This document shows, one piece after another, positions 33,255-42,453 of a stretch of 64,000 bases of DNA. The stretch is from Peptococcia bacterium (GTDB lineage: Bacteria > Bacillota > Peptococcia > Peptococcales > SKKY01): the NCBI GenBank assembly GCA_965228015.1, contig OZ245787.1, positions 1,736,698 to 1,800,697 on the forward strand, given 5' to 3'. The notes beneath the pieces are model-generated. The model saw only the letters and a program-made list of their open reading frames with translations. It was not told where the DNA came from and searched no databases. Made by a program: the position numbers and the translations under genes. Numbering within the stretch: position 1 is the first letter of the stretch; each line of letters opens with the position of its first letter.

Positions 33255-34058
33255 GTGGGACATGATCATGGAAAGAAAAAAAGAATGGACATCCCGGAGG
33301 ATAAAATTGGCAACGGAATAACTAATAATATTAACAAAGTAATTGGAATCGCTAGTGGCAAAGGTGGTGTAGGGAAATCATCAATAACCGCACTAATTGC
33401 AGTGGCATTAAAAAAAAATGGGTACAAAGTCGGAATTTTGGACGCGGATTTAACGGGGCCCAGCATACCAAGATTGTTTGGTGTAGATGCTGTTCCGGAA
33501 AAAATGGAGCTGGGGGTTTTGCCAGTAAAGAGCAGAGATGGCATTACAATTATGTCAATAAATCTTTTACTCGAGAATAAGGAAGATCCAGTTTTGTGGA
33601 GAGGTCCTATTCTTTCTGGGGTCATAAAGCAATTTTGGGAAGAAGTAATTTGGGCTCATCTTGATTTCTTATTAATTGATCTGCCACCCGGAACCGGAGA
33701 TATTCCTTTAACAGTAATGCAAAGTATCCCTGTTGACGAGGTTATTATGGTTACAGGACCTCAAGATGTAACAAATATGGTTGTGAAAAAGGCTGTAAAA
33801 ATGATGGATAAAATAGAGGTTCCGGTATTAGGAGTTGTTGAGAATATGTCTTATATATCCTGCCCTGGATGTAGTCAGGATATCAGGCCTTTTGGAGAAA
33901 GTTATGCGAAAAAGATGTCCCAGGAATGCAATTTAGAGTTAATTACATCTTTGGAAATAGATCCTGATTTTATAGAATTAGCAAACCAAGGTAAAGTTGA
34001 AGACTATATTGGTAGAAATTTAGAAAAAATTGGAAAAGTTATCGAGAAATTAATATAA
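33255..34058 (+). CDS. Mrp/NBP35 (ApbC) family Fe-S cluster carrier ATPase
   Basis: Deviant Walker A SGKGGVGKSS, then ...ILDADLTGPSIP... and ...SCPGC.... Confidence 0.85.
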   Translation: MGHDHGKKKRMDIPEDKIGNGITNNINKVIGIASGKGGVGKSSITALIAVALKKNGYKVGILDADLTGPSIPRLFGVDAVPEKMELGVLPVKSRDGITIMSINLLLENKEDPVLWRGPILSGVIKQFWEEVIWAHLDFLLIDLPPGTGDIPLTVMQSIPVDEVIMVTGPQDVTNMVVKKAVKMMDKIEVPVLGVVENMSYISCPGCSQDIRPFGESYAKKMSQECNLELITSLEIDPDFIELANQGKVEDYIGRNLEKIGKVIEKLI

Positions 34059-34075
34059 ATTTAATTAAATAAATA

Positions 34076-34104
34076 TTGCACAATAGCTGATTTGTCTTTA
34101 TAAT
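34076..34104 (+). promoter_or_regulatory. candidate promoter upstream of typA
   Basis: TTGCAC, a 17-nt spacer, then TATAAT. Confidence 0.4.
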
Positions 34105-34124
34105 TAAAAACTTTGTGATAGTTG

Positions 34125-34149
34125 TAGAGCCAAAAAGGCTCTATTTTTT
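34125..34149 (+). terminator. terminator-like hairpin between mrp and typA
   Basis: TAGAGCC pairs with GGCTCTA, followed by T6, and ends 2 nt before the typA Shine-Dalgarno GGGAGG. Confidence 0.5.
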
Positions 34150-34164
34150 ATGGGAGGAATATAT

Positions 34165-35994
34165 TTGAAAAAGGAACTAATTAGAAACATCGCCATAATT
34201 GCTCACGTTGATCATGGTAAGACTACCTTTGTTGACAAAATGCTGATGCAAACTGGTAATTTTCGCAGCAATGAGAAAGTCGTTGAGAGAGTTATGGACA
34301 GCAACGATCTTGAAAGAGAAAAAGGAATTACAATTTTAGCAAAAAATACTGCCGTTGATTACGGCGATTACAGAATAAATATTATAGATACACCAGGACA
34401 TGCTGATTTTGGCGGAGAAGTAGAGCGTATAATGAAAATGGTTGATGGGGTATTGCTTGTAATTGATGCCTATGAAGGCTGCATGCCTCAAACTAAATTT
34501 GTTCTTAAAAAAGCTCTTGAAGAAAATTTAAAACCAATTGTAGTAATTAACAAAATGGATAGAGATTTTATTAGGCCAGCAGAAGTAATTGACGAGGTAA
34601 TAGATTTATTTATCGACCTTGGCGCTCACGAAGATCAATTGGATTTTCCGGTTCTTTATGCTTCTGGTATTCAGGGAATTGCTTCAACAACACCAGATGA
34701 TCTTGGAATAGACCTAGAACCATTGTTTAAAGAAATTATTAATCATATCTCAGCCCCTGCAGGAGAGGCAGAAAACGATCTTCAGCTTCAGATTACCCTG
34801 CTGGACTACAGTGATTTCCTTGGGAAAATTGGAATAGGTGTAGTTAGAAATGGTAAGATTAAACTTAATATGCCTGTGGAAATTGCAAAAAATGATGGAA
34901 AAACAGACAGACAAAAAATTACAAAATTGTATGCTTTTTCCGGTTTAAAAAGAATTGAAGTTGAAGAAGCAGAAGCAGGGCAAATTGTTGCCATTGCAGG
35001 TGTTGGGGAAATTAGTGTTGGAGATACTCTTTGTGAAGTAGGGAAAGTTGCACCACTGGACAGAGTAATTATAGAAGAGCCTACATTGCAAATGAACTTC
35101 TTAGTTAATGATTCACCTTTTGCCGGTAAGGATGGAGATCCATTTACTGCCAGAAAGCTTGAAGTAAGGTTAATGAAAGAGATGCATACAGATGTTTCCT
35201 TAAGAATTGAAAAAACTGATAAAGCAGAAGTTTTTTCTGTTGCGGGCAGAGGAGAACTTCACCTTGCTGTTATTATTGAGAAGTTACGTCGTGAAGGTAT
35301 CGAATTTCAGGTATCCAGACCACAAATTATTGTAAAAGAAATTGATGGTAAAAAAATGGAACCTTATGAGCTTCTTTTTGTAGAAACTCCCGAAGAACGC
35401 TTGGGGGCTGTAATGGATCTTTTAAGCAGAAAAAAAGCAGATATGATCGACATGGCTAATATTGGTGGAAACGTAAAAATAAAATATGAGATTCCTTCCA
35501 GAGGTGTTATTGGTTTAAGAACAGATTTCCTTACTGAAACAAGAGGTTATGGAATTTTAAATCACTCCTTTGTTGATTACAGACCTATGTCTGGAGAAAT
35601 ATCAGACCGTAAAAATGGAGTTTTAGTTTCCTGGGAAACTGGAACAACTACTGGTTATGCATTGCAGTCCGCTGAAGAAAGAGGAACACTTTTTGTAGAT
35701 CCGGGAACTGATGTATACGAGGGAATGATAATTGGAGAAAATAAAAAAGATGAAGATTTAACGTTAAACGTATGTAAACAAAAACAGCAAACTAATGTAC
35801 GTTCTTCTGGTAAAGACGATGCTATTAAATTAAAAGGAAAGAAAGCTCTAAGCCTTGAGCAGGCCCTTACTTATCTTGCGGAAGATGAGTATCTTGAAAT
35901 TACTCCAAAAATCTTCCGTCTTAGAAAAATATATCTTACTAAGAATGAAAGAGACAAACAGAATAAATATAAAAAATACAGTCAGGGTGCATAA
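34165..35994 (+). CDS. typA: translational GTPase TypA/BipA
   Basis: TTG start at 34165, 7 nt after GGGAGGA. (M)KKELIRNIAIIAHVDHGKTT plus DTPGHADFGGEV and NKMD G-motifs. The track start at 34150 lies inside the SD region. Confidence 0.93.
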   Translation: MKKELIRNIAIIAHVDHGKTTFVDKMLMQTGNFRSNEKVVERVMDSNDLEREKGITILAKNTAVDYGDYRINIIDTPGHADFGGEVERIMKMVDGVLLVIDAYEGCMPQTKFVLKKALEENLKPIVVINKMDRDFIRPAEVIDEVIDLFIDLGAHEDQLDFPVLYASGIQGIASTTPDDLGIDLEPLFKEIINHISAPAGEAENDLQLQITLLDYSDFLGKIGIGVVRNGKIKLNMPVEIAKNDGKTDRQKITKLYAFSGLKRIEVEEAEAGQIVAIAGVGEISVGDTLCEVGKVAPLDRVIIEEPTLQMNFLVNDSPFAGKDGDPFTARKLEVRLMKEMHTDVSLRIEKTDKAEVFSVAGRGELHLAVIIEKLRREGIEFQVSRPQIIVKEIDGKKMEPYELLFVETPEERLGAVMDLLSRKKADMIDMANIGGNVKIKYEIPSRGVIGLRTDFLTETRGYGILNHSFVDYRPMSGEISDRKNGVLVSWETGTTTGYALQSAEERGTLFVDPGTDVYEGMIIGENKKDEDLTLNVCKQKQQTNVRSSGKDDAIKLKGKKALSLEQALTYLAEDEYLEITPKIFRLRKIYLTKNERDKQNKYKKYSQGA

Positions 35995-36026
35995 TTCTAT
36001 AATAGTGTATACAATTTGCTCATTGA

Positions 36027-36055
36027 TTGACTTTGAAAGCAGCAGATAATATAAT
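36027..36055 (+). promoter_or_regulatory. sigma-A type promoter of the ANTAR regulator gene
   Basis: TTGACT, a 17-nt spacer, then TATAAT. Confidence 0.5.
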
Positions 36056-36155
36056 TTCAATATAACAAAGTTGAATAGATTTATGGACAATGGGGTCTTT
36101 GGAAAATTTTATATGTTTCCGAGGACTTTTTTATTCCGGAAGTGTGGTGCTGTTT

Positions 36156-36735
36156 ATGGGGGAATCAGCAATTATCTGTATGAAGAAAAATTTGCTTTTC
36201 CAAAATGTTAAAGCTGGATTAAAGCAAATGGGTTTTACTCAGATTATAGAAACAGATGATCTGGAAAATCTTTTGAGACTAACACATTCATTAAAGAATT
36301 CATTAGTAATCTTTGACCCTTCAGAATACGGGACAAACGGTGTAAGGGTGTCCAAGGTTCTGACCAGAGAAAAAATGGGACCGCTAATTTTTATTATTTC
36401 AAATAAGAGGTTAGTTAAACCCGTTGAAGAGATTACAGAAAGAGATTCCTGGGGTGCAACATATATTACTACTCCCTTGAATTTTGAAACTCTTAGAGTA
36501 GTTGTAAGGATGATGATTCAAAGTTATAAAAAATATTAGAGTTGGAAAAAAGCTCCTTGAAGTTAATGAAGTTCTTGCAGAAAAGAAAAAAATAAATATA
36601 GCTAAGGAACTATTGATTAAACAAAGACAAATTTCAGAGCCGGAAGCTCATAAACTAATTCAAAGAATTAGCATGAAAACTGGCAAAAGTCTGAAAGTTG
36701 TATCTGAAAAAATAATCAAAGAATTATCCTTATAA
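36156..36735 (+). pseudogene. response-regulator-like protein with C-terminal ANTAR RNA-binding domain, one frameshift
   Basis: The receiver-like part is ...SLVIFDPSEYGTNG...PLIFIISNK...YITTPLNFETL. The frame changes 0 -> 2 at the A-run around 36527-36533. The ANTAR part is ELEKKLLEVNEVLAEKKKINIAKELLIKQRQISEPEAHKLIQRISMKTGKSLKVVSEKII. The start could be 36090 or 36156. Confidence 0.75.
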
Positions 36736-36738
36736 GCC

Positions 36739-36801
36739 GGGCAAAGGCGCCCAGAGAAAATGTATCGAATTCTCGATATGTTTTTCCTGGGCGCTTTTTT
36801 T
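36739..36801 (+). promoter_or_regulatory. terminator with overlapping small hexaloop hairpin (candidate ANTAR-controlled antiterminator) upstream of glnB-amtB
   Basis: The small hairpin is GGGC(36739-36742)-AAAGGC-GCCC(36749-36752), with loop A1 and G4. The long terminator pairs GCGCCCAG (36747-36754) with CTGGGCGC (36787-36794), has inner pairs GAAAA/TTTTC and TATCGA/TCGATA, and ends in T7. The two structures share bases 36747-36752. Confidence 0.45.
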
Positions 36802-36819
36802 ATTAAAGCAATCTGAATG

Positions 36820-36882
36820 TTAAGGGTCATGGATTTTAGTTTCAGGATCCCCCATTAATCCTTTCCATTCCATGACCCTTAA
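36820..36882. repeat. 63-bp palindromic element (14-bp perfect arms)
   Basis: TTAAGGGTCATGGA (36820-36833) and TCCATGACCCTTAA (36869-36882) flank a 35-nt spacer that holds an inner AGGAT...ATCCT pair. No T-run follows. Confidence 0.8.
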
Positions 36883-36932
36883 GTTCAATAAGAAAAAGAA
36901 AATTGAAAATTAAAAATTGGAAGTTGAGCAAT

Positions 36933-37270
36933 ATGAAAAAAATTGAAGCAGCAATTCGTCCTTCCAGGCTTGAAGGAGTTAAAACAGCTCTTTCTGATTT
37001 TGGAATTAGCGGGATTACAATAACTCAAGTTGTTGGATGTGGTTTACGGAAGGGTCAGACGGAATTTTACAGAGGCAATCCTATACACATAAATTTATTG
37101 CCAAAAATAAAATTGGAAATAGTTGTAAAGCTGAGCAGGTTGAAGATGTGATAGCAATAATAATCGAAAATTCAAAAACTGGAAAAGTTGGAGATGGAAA
37201 GATTTTTATTCAGGATATTTCCGGAGCTGTGAGAATCAGAACCGGTGAAAAAGACAGGGACGCTTTATAA
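36933..37270 (+). pseudogene. glnB: nitrogen regulatory protein P-II, one frameshift
   Basis: MKKIEAAIRPSRLEGVKTALSDFGISGITITQVVGCGLRKGQTEFYRGNP... covers the T-loop with Tyr. The frame changes 0 -> 2 near 37126-37131 (...LEIVVK / AEQVEDVIAIIIENSKTGKVGDGKIFIQDISGAVRIRTGE). Confidence 0.85.
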
Positions 37271-37299
37271 ATAAATTAATAAGGGAGAGGGAGAAGATA

Positions 37300-38661
37300 A
37301 TGAAAAAATTATTAATATTACTGGTCTTATTTATGATTTCAGGAATAAATGGATTTGCTCTGGAAGCTGTTGAGATTGAAGAAACTTTCAGTGCAGTTAC
37401 ACTGGCTATAGATACAATATGGATTATGGTTGCAGGTTTTATGGTGTTTTTTATGCACGCAGGTTTTTCTTTGGTAGAGATTGGTTTTACCAGATCCAAG
37501 AATACAATTAACATATTAATGAAAAATATGGTTACGGTAGCTCTTGGTGTACTTTGTTTTTTCCTTATAGGATTTGGTATCGCTTATGGAGATAGTATTA
37601 AAGGATTTTTAGGAAGTTCTGGATTTTTATTATCAGGTTTTGGAGACTTTGATTTTAGAATTTATTTGTCGGGAGCCTTCTTTTTTCAGGCAGTATTTGC
37701 TGCAACAGCAGCTACTATAATTTCTGGAGCAGTGGCGGAGAGAATTAAGTTTCAGGCCTATTTAATAATTGCAATAGTAACAACAGCTCTTACCTACCCT
37801 GTAGCTACACACTGGGTTTGGGGTGGAGGTTGGTTATCTGAGCTTGGTTTCCGTGATTTAGCTGGCTCAACTATAGTACATTCAGTAGGTGGTTGGTCTG
37901 CATTAATTATAGCTTATGTTTTGGGAGCAAGAATTGGGAAATATGGACCTAAAGGGGAAATAAATGTTATTCCTGGTCACAATATTCCGCTTGGAGCACT
38001 TGGAGTATTAATTTTTTGGTTTGGCTGGTTCGGCTTTAACCCAGGTAGTACTTTATCTGGAATGGCCTCATCAGCAATTACAGTTATTGCAACGAACACA
38101 TTGCTTTCTGCTGCTGCAGGTACAATCAGTTCCATGGTATACTCATGGTTAAAATTTGGTAAGCCAGATATAACCTTTACTTTAAACGGTGCTTTGGCTG
38201 GACTAGTTGCAATAACTGCTGAGGCAGATGTTATGTCACCTGTAGGTTCAATAATTACTGGTTTATTTGCTGGTGTTATTCTTGTAATGGCAGTACAATT
38301 ATTTGACAGAGTAATTAGAATTGATGATCCTGTTGGAGCGATTTCTGTACATGGTGTTTGTGGAGCTTTTGGTACTTTCGCAGTTGGAATTTTCGCTCTT
38401 GAAGGTGGGCTTGCCTACGGAGGTTGAGCTAGTTTGTTATTAGCTCAGTCAATTGGAATAGGAGCAACTTTCCTCTGGTGTGTAGTTATTGGCTTTATTT
38501 TAGCAACAGCAATTAAAGCAACTATTGGAATCAGAGTTCCTGAGCACGAAGAGTTAAATGGACTAGACATGGAAGAACATGCAATGTCTGCTTACAGTGA
38601 GTTTTATATTGATCTTCCTCCAATAGATGTTACGGTTAAAAGCAAGGCAATTAGTGATTAA
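37300..38661 (+). pseudogene. amtB: ammonium transporter AmtB with a single in-frame TGA
   Basis: One frame runs throughout. TGA at 38425-38427 (...LEGGLAYGG*ASLLLAQSIG...) removes the last TM helix and the tail. Amt motifs such as AERIKF and VHGVCG are present. Confidence 0.8.
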
Positions 38662-38672
38662 TTTTTCCCAAA

Positions 38673-38712
38673 GGTACCCAAACTGCTAATTTAGCAGAGG
38701 GGACCTTTTTTT
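38673..38712 (+). terminator. intrinsic terminator after amtB
   Basis: GGTACCC..CTGCT-AATTT-AGCAG..GGGGACC, followed by T7. Confidence 0.6.
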
Positions 38713-38763
38713 ATGCCTGAAGAGTGCTAAAATATAGAACAGTTCAGGATAGGGGTATGAAGA

Positions 38764-40334
38764 ATGAGAGAAAAAGGCACATCAGGATTATTAAAAGACT
38801 GGTACTCTTTTAATTTAAAATTAGTATTACAAGGGATTATAATAGGCTTCATAACAGGTTTAATAATAGTATTCTACAGGATAGCAATTAGTGTGGGAGA
38901 TTAATCCAGGGAAAAAAATTATAATTTTCTAAAGAATGAATCTTTAATTTTTATATTAGGCTGGTTTCTATTTCTTGGGGTTGTAGGTTTATTTTTAGGA
39001 TATATTGTAAAAATAGCTCCTATGTCTAAAGGAAGTGGAATCACTCAGATAAAAGGATTTTTAATCCATCAGATTAAACTGGACTGATTTAAAGATATAA
39101 TTGCAAAATTTATAGGCGGAGTGATAGCCCTGGGATTTGGGTTATCTCTTGGCAGAGAGGGCCCTTCAGTTCAGATTGGCGCTGAAACAGGGCTTGGATT
39201 TAGCAGGCTGAATAAGAGACTTCCTGTTGAAGAAAAATTCTTGGTTACCGCAGGGGCAAGTGCAGGTTTGGCTTCTGCTTTTAATGCTCCTCTGGCAGGG
39301 GTGATATTTGCTTTAGAAGAATTGCATAAATATATATCTCCTGTTTTATTAATGTCCGCAATGGCAGCATCTGTTACCGGAGATTTTGTTTCAAGATATT
39401 TTTTTGGATTAGGACCGATTTTTCAATTTGAGGATATGGAGGTTCTTCCCCTTTCTTCTTATATATACGTGATTTTTCTAGGAATAATAATAGGATTTTT
39501 AGGTAAAATTTTTAATTGGGTTATATTATTTGTTCAATCTAATTATAGTGAAAATAAATCTATAAGCGATATTTATAAGCCTGTACTGCCTTTGCTGGTA
39601 TCTGGATTCCTTGGCTTTACTCTTTCTGAGGTTTTAGGGGGCGGTCACCATCTTATTGATGAATTAAGTACCGGACATCTGGCGGCGGGATTTATTTTCT
39701 TTTTGTTTATAGTAAAAATAATATTTACAGGTATATCTTATGGAGCCGGGGTTCTAGGGAGAATCTTTCTTTCAATGCTTGTGTTAGGAGCTTTAGCAGG
39801 CAAAGGGGTTGGGGAAGTATTTTACGGATTTGGTATGATTCAGGGAAATTTTGTATTGAATTTTATGACCCTTGCTATGGCGGCGTTCTTCACTGCAGTA
39901 GTCAAAGCTCCAATAACAGGTACGATTTTGATAATGGAAATGACTGGGATCTTTAATCATCTTTTAGCACTCATTACAATTTGCTTAACTTCATATATAG
40001 TTGCTGATGTTATTGGCTCTAAGGCTGTTTATGAAACTTTGCTGGAGAAGTTATTTGAAAACAGTAAAAAACTCCAAGTAAAAGAAAAAAGAGAAGCAGT
40101 GGTAAATCAATTTTAGAAATTCCTGTGATGGGGGGATCTGAAGTTGAAGGTAAAAAAATTAAAGGAATAAAATGGCCGGAAAGATTTTTGATTGTAAGTA
40201 TAAGAAGAGGGGAAGAAGAATTGATTCCTGACGGTAATTTTGAAATTTATTCTGGAGATTGTCTTGTTATACTTGCGGATAATGATGAAGCCCCTCTGGT
40301 TAAAGAGGAACTTATGAAAATAACTTCAAATTGA
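38764..40334 (+). pseudogene. ClC-family chloride channel with C-terminal TrkA-C (RCK_C) domain; two in-frame stops and one frameshift
   Basis: In-frame TAA at 38902-38904 and TGA at 39085-39087. The TGA aligns with a Trp preceding the KF.GG...GREGPSVQIG motif. The frame changes 1 -> 0 near 40090-40100, before ...KSILEIPVMGGSEVEGKKIKGIKWPERFLIVSIRRGEEELIP. Confidence 0.8.
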
Positions 40335-40337
40335 TTC

Positions 40338-42438
40338 TTAAAAAGATTTTTCATCAAGTAATTGCAGATTATAAGCGTTAATTATATTAATAAGCTTTAT
40401 TGGATACTGAGAGTCGGTTGCATAACCGGCTCTTCTTAATGCCCAGGCTCCCTGGGTACTGTTGTGCATTACATCTCTGAATATTGAGTAACGCTGAGCT
40501 TTAATAATAAGTTTTTGTGGTCATCCCAGCTTTAATTTGCATTACTGTAAGCCCTAAAAGCAGCATCTATGCGGAACACAGTTCCATTATATTCTTCCCA
40601 GGTATTTGAGGTAACTGACCCGGAAGGTCCGGTTCCTTTTATTTCGAACAAGTTATAAGAAAATTTTCCAGAGTATTTATCTATAGGAACACTTTGTCCC
40701 CAGCCAGTTTCTAAAATTGCCTGTGCAGTTTGAAGTGCGGCAGACATCCCTGTTTTTTGTGCAGAACTTAATGCCATTTCAGAAGCAAAACTTTGAAAAT
40801 TGCTTTTTTCAATAACAGGTTTTGCAGTATAGATTGTTCCCAGATAAACTTTGAAATTTATCTTTTCACTAACTAATTTTTGTCCTTGATATTGTCCCTC
40901 CGCGAAGATTATTCTGTTTCCTTCATCTTGGGATTCTGGAGTCCAGGATAATTCCTGAGATTTTTCGAATCCAGATAAGATAACTTTTTTTGAAGGATTA
41001 GAGGGATTTTCAAGTACTATTTTTAAATCAGTAACATCGGTATTACCTTCAACTTTAAGTTTCTGAGTCCCTGTTAAAACTTGATTTGGACCAATTCCTT
41101 CCAAATGAATTTTTGGTGTTCCGATAACAGTAGCATATACAGGCTCGCTTGTGTGAGGAGTAAGGCGGGTGTCCTTTACTCTTACATAGATTTCTTTGTT
41201 TCCGCTATCCTCTGGCTTTGGGAACCACTTAAATGATCCGTATCCCGTTGAGAAAAGTATAGTTTCCTTTTGTGTTAAAGGATCTCTCGTTACATAATTA
41301 GTTTCACTGACCTAAAAATTTCTGTTTGCAGATAAAGTTACGGGATTTTGAATTGTTCCCCCGTTTTTTACCCCAGATAATGATAGTTTTTTATCTAAAG
41401 CAAGCTGAATATTTATCGGGGAACTTTCAAAAGCATTATTATTGTTGTCATAAGCGACAGCTTTAAGAGATATTGAACCATTGTCTTCATTCATAAAAGA
41501 CCAAGTATATGGTCCGTAAGGATCTGCCTCACCAGTGGTTATTTTTTATCTTTGTCCAGGTATGTCATTTCGTATTTAATATATTTTGGAGCAAAGTTCA
41601 AGTTAACACTGAGACTTAAGGGAGTTTCGGTAATAATGACTCCGTTACCAGGAGATTTAATAGTAATTTTAGGATTTATATTAACATTCACTGAAGCAGC
41701 AGCGCCTTTAATAAAATTGCCATTAATGTCATAAAGGACAGCAAAGATAATTTTATTCCCCTGTTTATCTGTCTCTGGAAGCCAGGAGTAGCTTCCTCCA
41801 GGGCCTTGTCCTCTTGCAACCACTGTTCCTTTTCTTGTTGTGCTGTCTAATAAATAATATCTGACTTCTGCAGCATTTGAAGGAAAACCTTTAGTTGCAG
41901 TTAAAGATAAAAAGTTTTGACCTTGTACATCCTCACCTGAGGAAATATTAACGGATAAATCTGAATACTTACTATATGGTACACGAGGGGATGAATTTAT
42001 AGTTACGGTTTTGGAAGAATCTTCCCAGCTGATCTCTGTGCCAAGAACATTGCTAACAAGTCTTAGAGGAACAAAAGTTCTATCACTAATTATTTTTGCA
42101 GGTATATCTGAAGTATCGAAGTTTTTGCTTCCTTTACCAATTTCAAAAATCAGACTGTCAACTTTTAGTACAACGGATTTTTCACCTTGTTCTATTAGCA
42201 CTGTACGATTAACTTCGTCCCAGGTTACATCTGCTCCAAGCTCTTCTGAAATAATTCTTATGGGAACCAGGGTACGGCCGTTTTCTATTACAGGTCCTGG
42301 AGAAGAATTTATTATTTTCCCGTCTATAATGAGCCTAGGGCTTACCTGAGAGAAAGCTGAAACTGATATTAAGAGAAATAAACATAGGGTTGAAGTAAAT
42401 AATATTAAGTTATTAAAAAGAAATTTTTTGTTCTTCAT
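40338..42438 (-). pseudogene. secreted cell-wall hydrolase: copper-amine-oxidase-N (stalk) repeats + Ig-like repeats + GH73 N-acetylglucosaminidase; two frameshifts and two in-frame stops
   Basis: The gene carries a signal peptide, two RTLVPIRIISEELGA / RTFVPLRLVSNVLGT type repeats, and a C-terminal AQAILETGWGQS...FRAYSNAN*SWDDHKN...AGYATDSQYP. The lesions are a shift at the A-run around 41535-41541, TAG at 41312-41314, TAA at 40532-40534, and a shift near 40500-40515. Confidence 0.78.
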
Positions 42439-42453
42439 TGCAGAAATTCCCTC

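Noticed and set aside
36802-36932. GlnR/TnrA box (TGTNA-N7-TNACA) upstream of glnB
   Set aside because: I scanned the interval by eye on both strands and found no match better than half-sites.
38662-38763. Fluoride riboswitch upstream of the ClC gene
   Set aside because: None of the conserved crcB-motif segments (GGCGATGG ... AACCGCC ... CTGATGAT-like) is present. The interval is mostly the amtB terminator plus a short AT-rich spacer.
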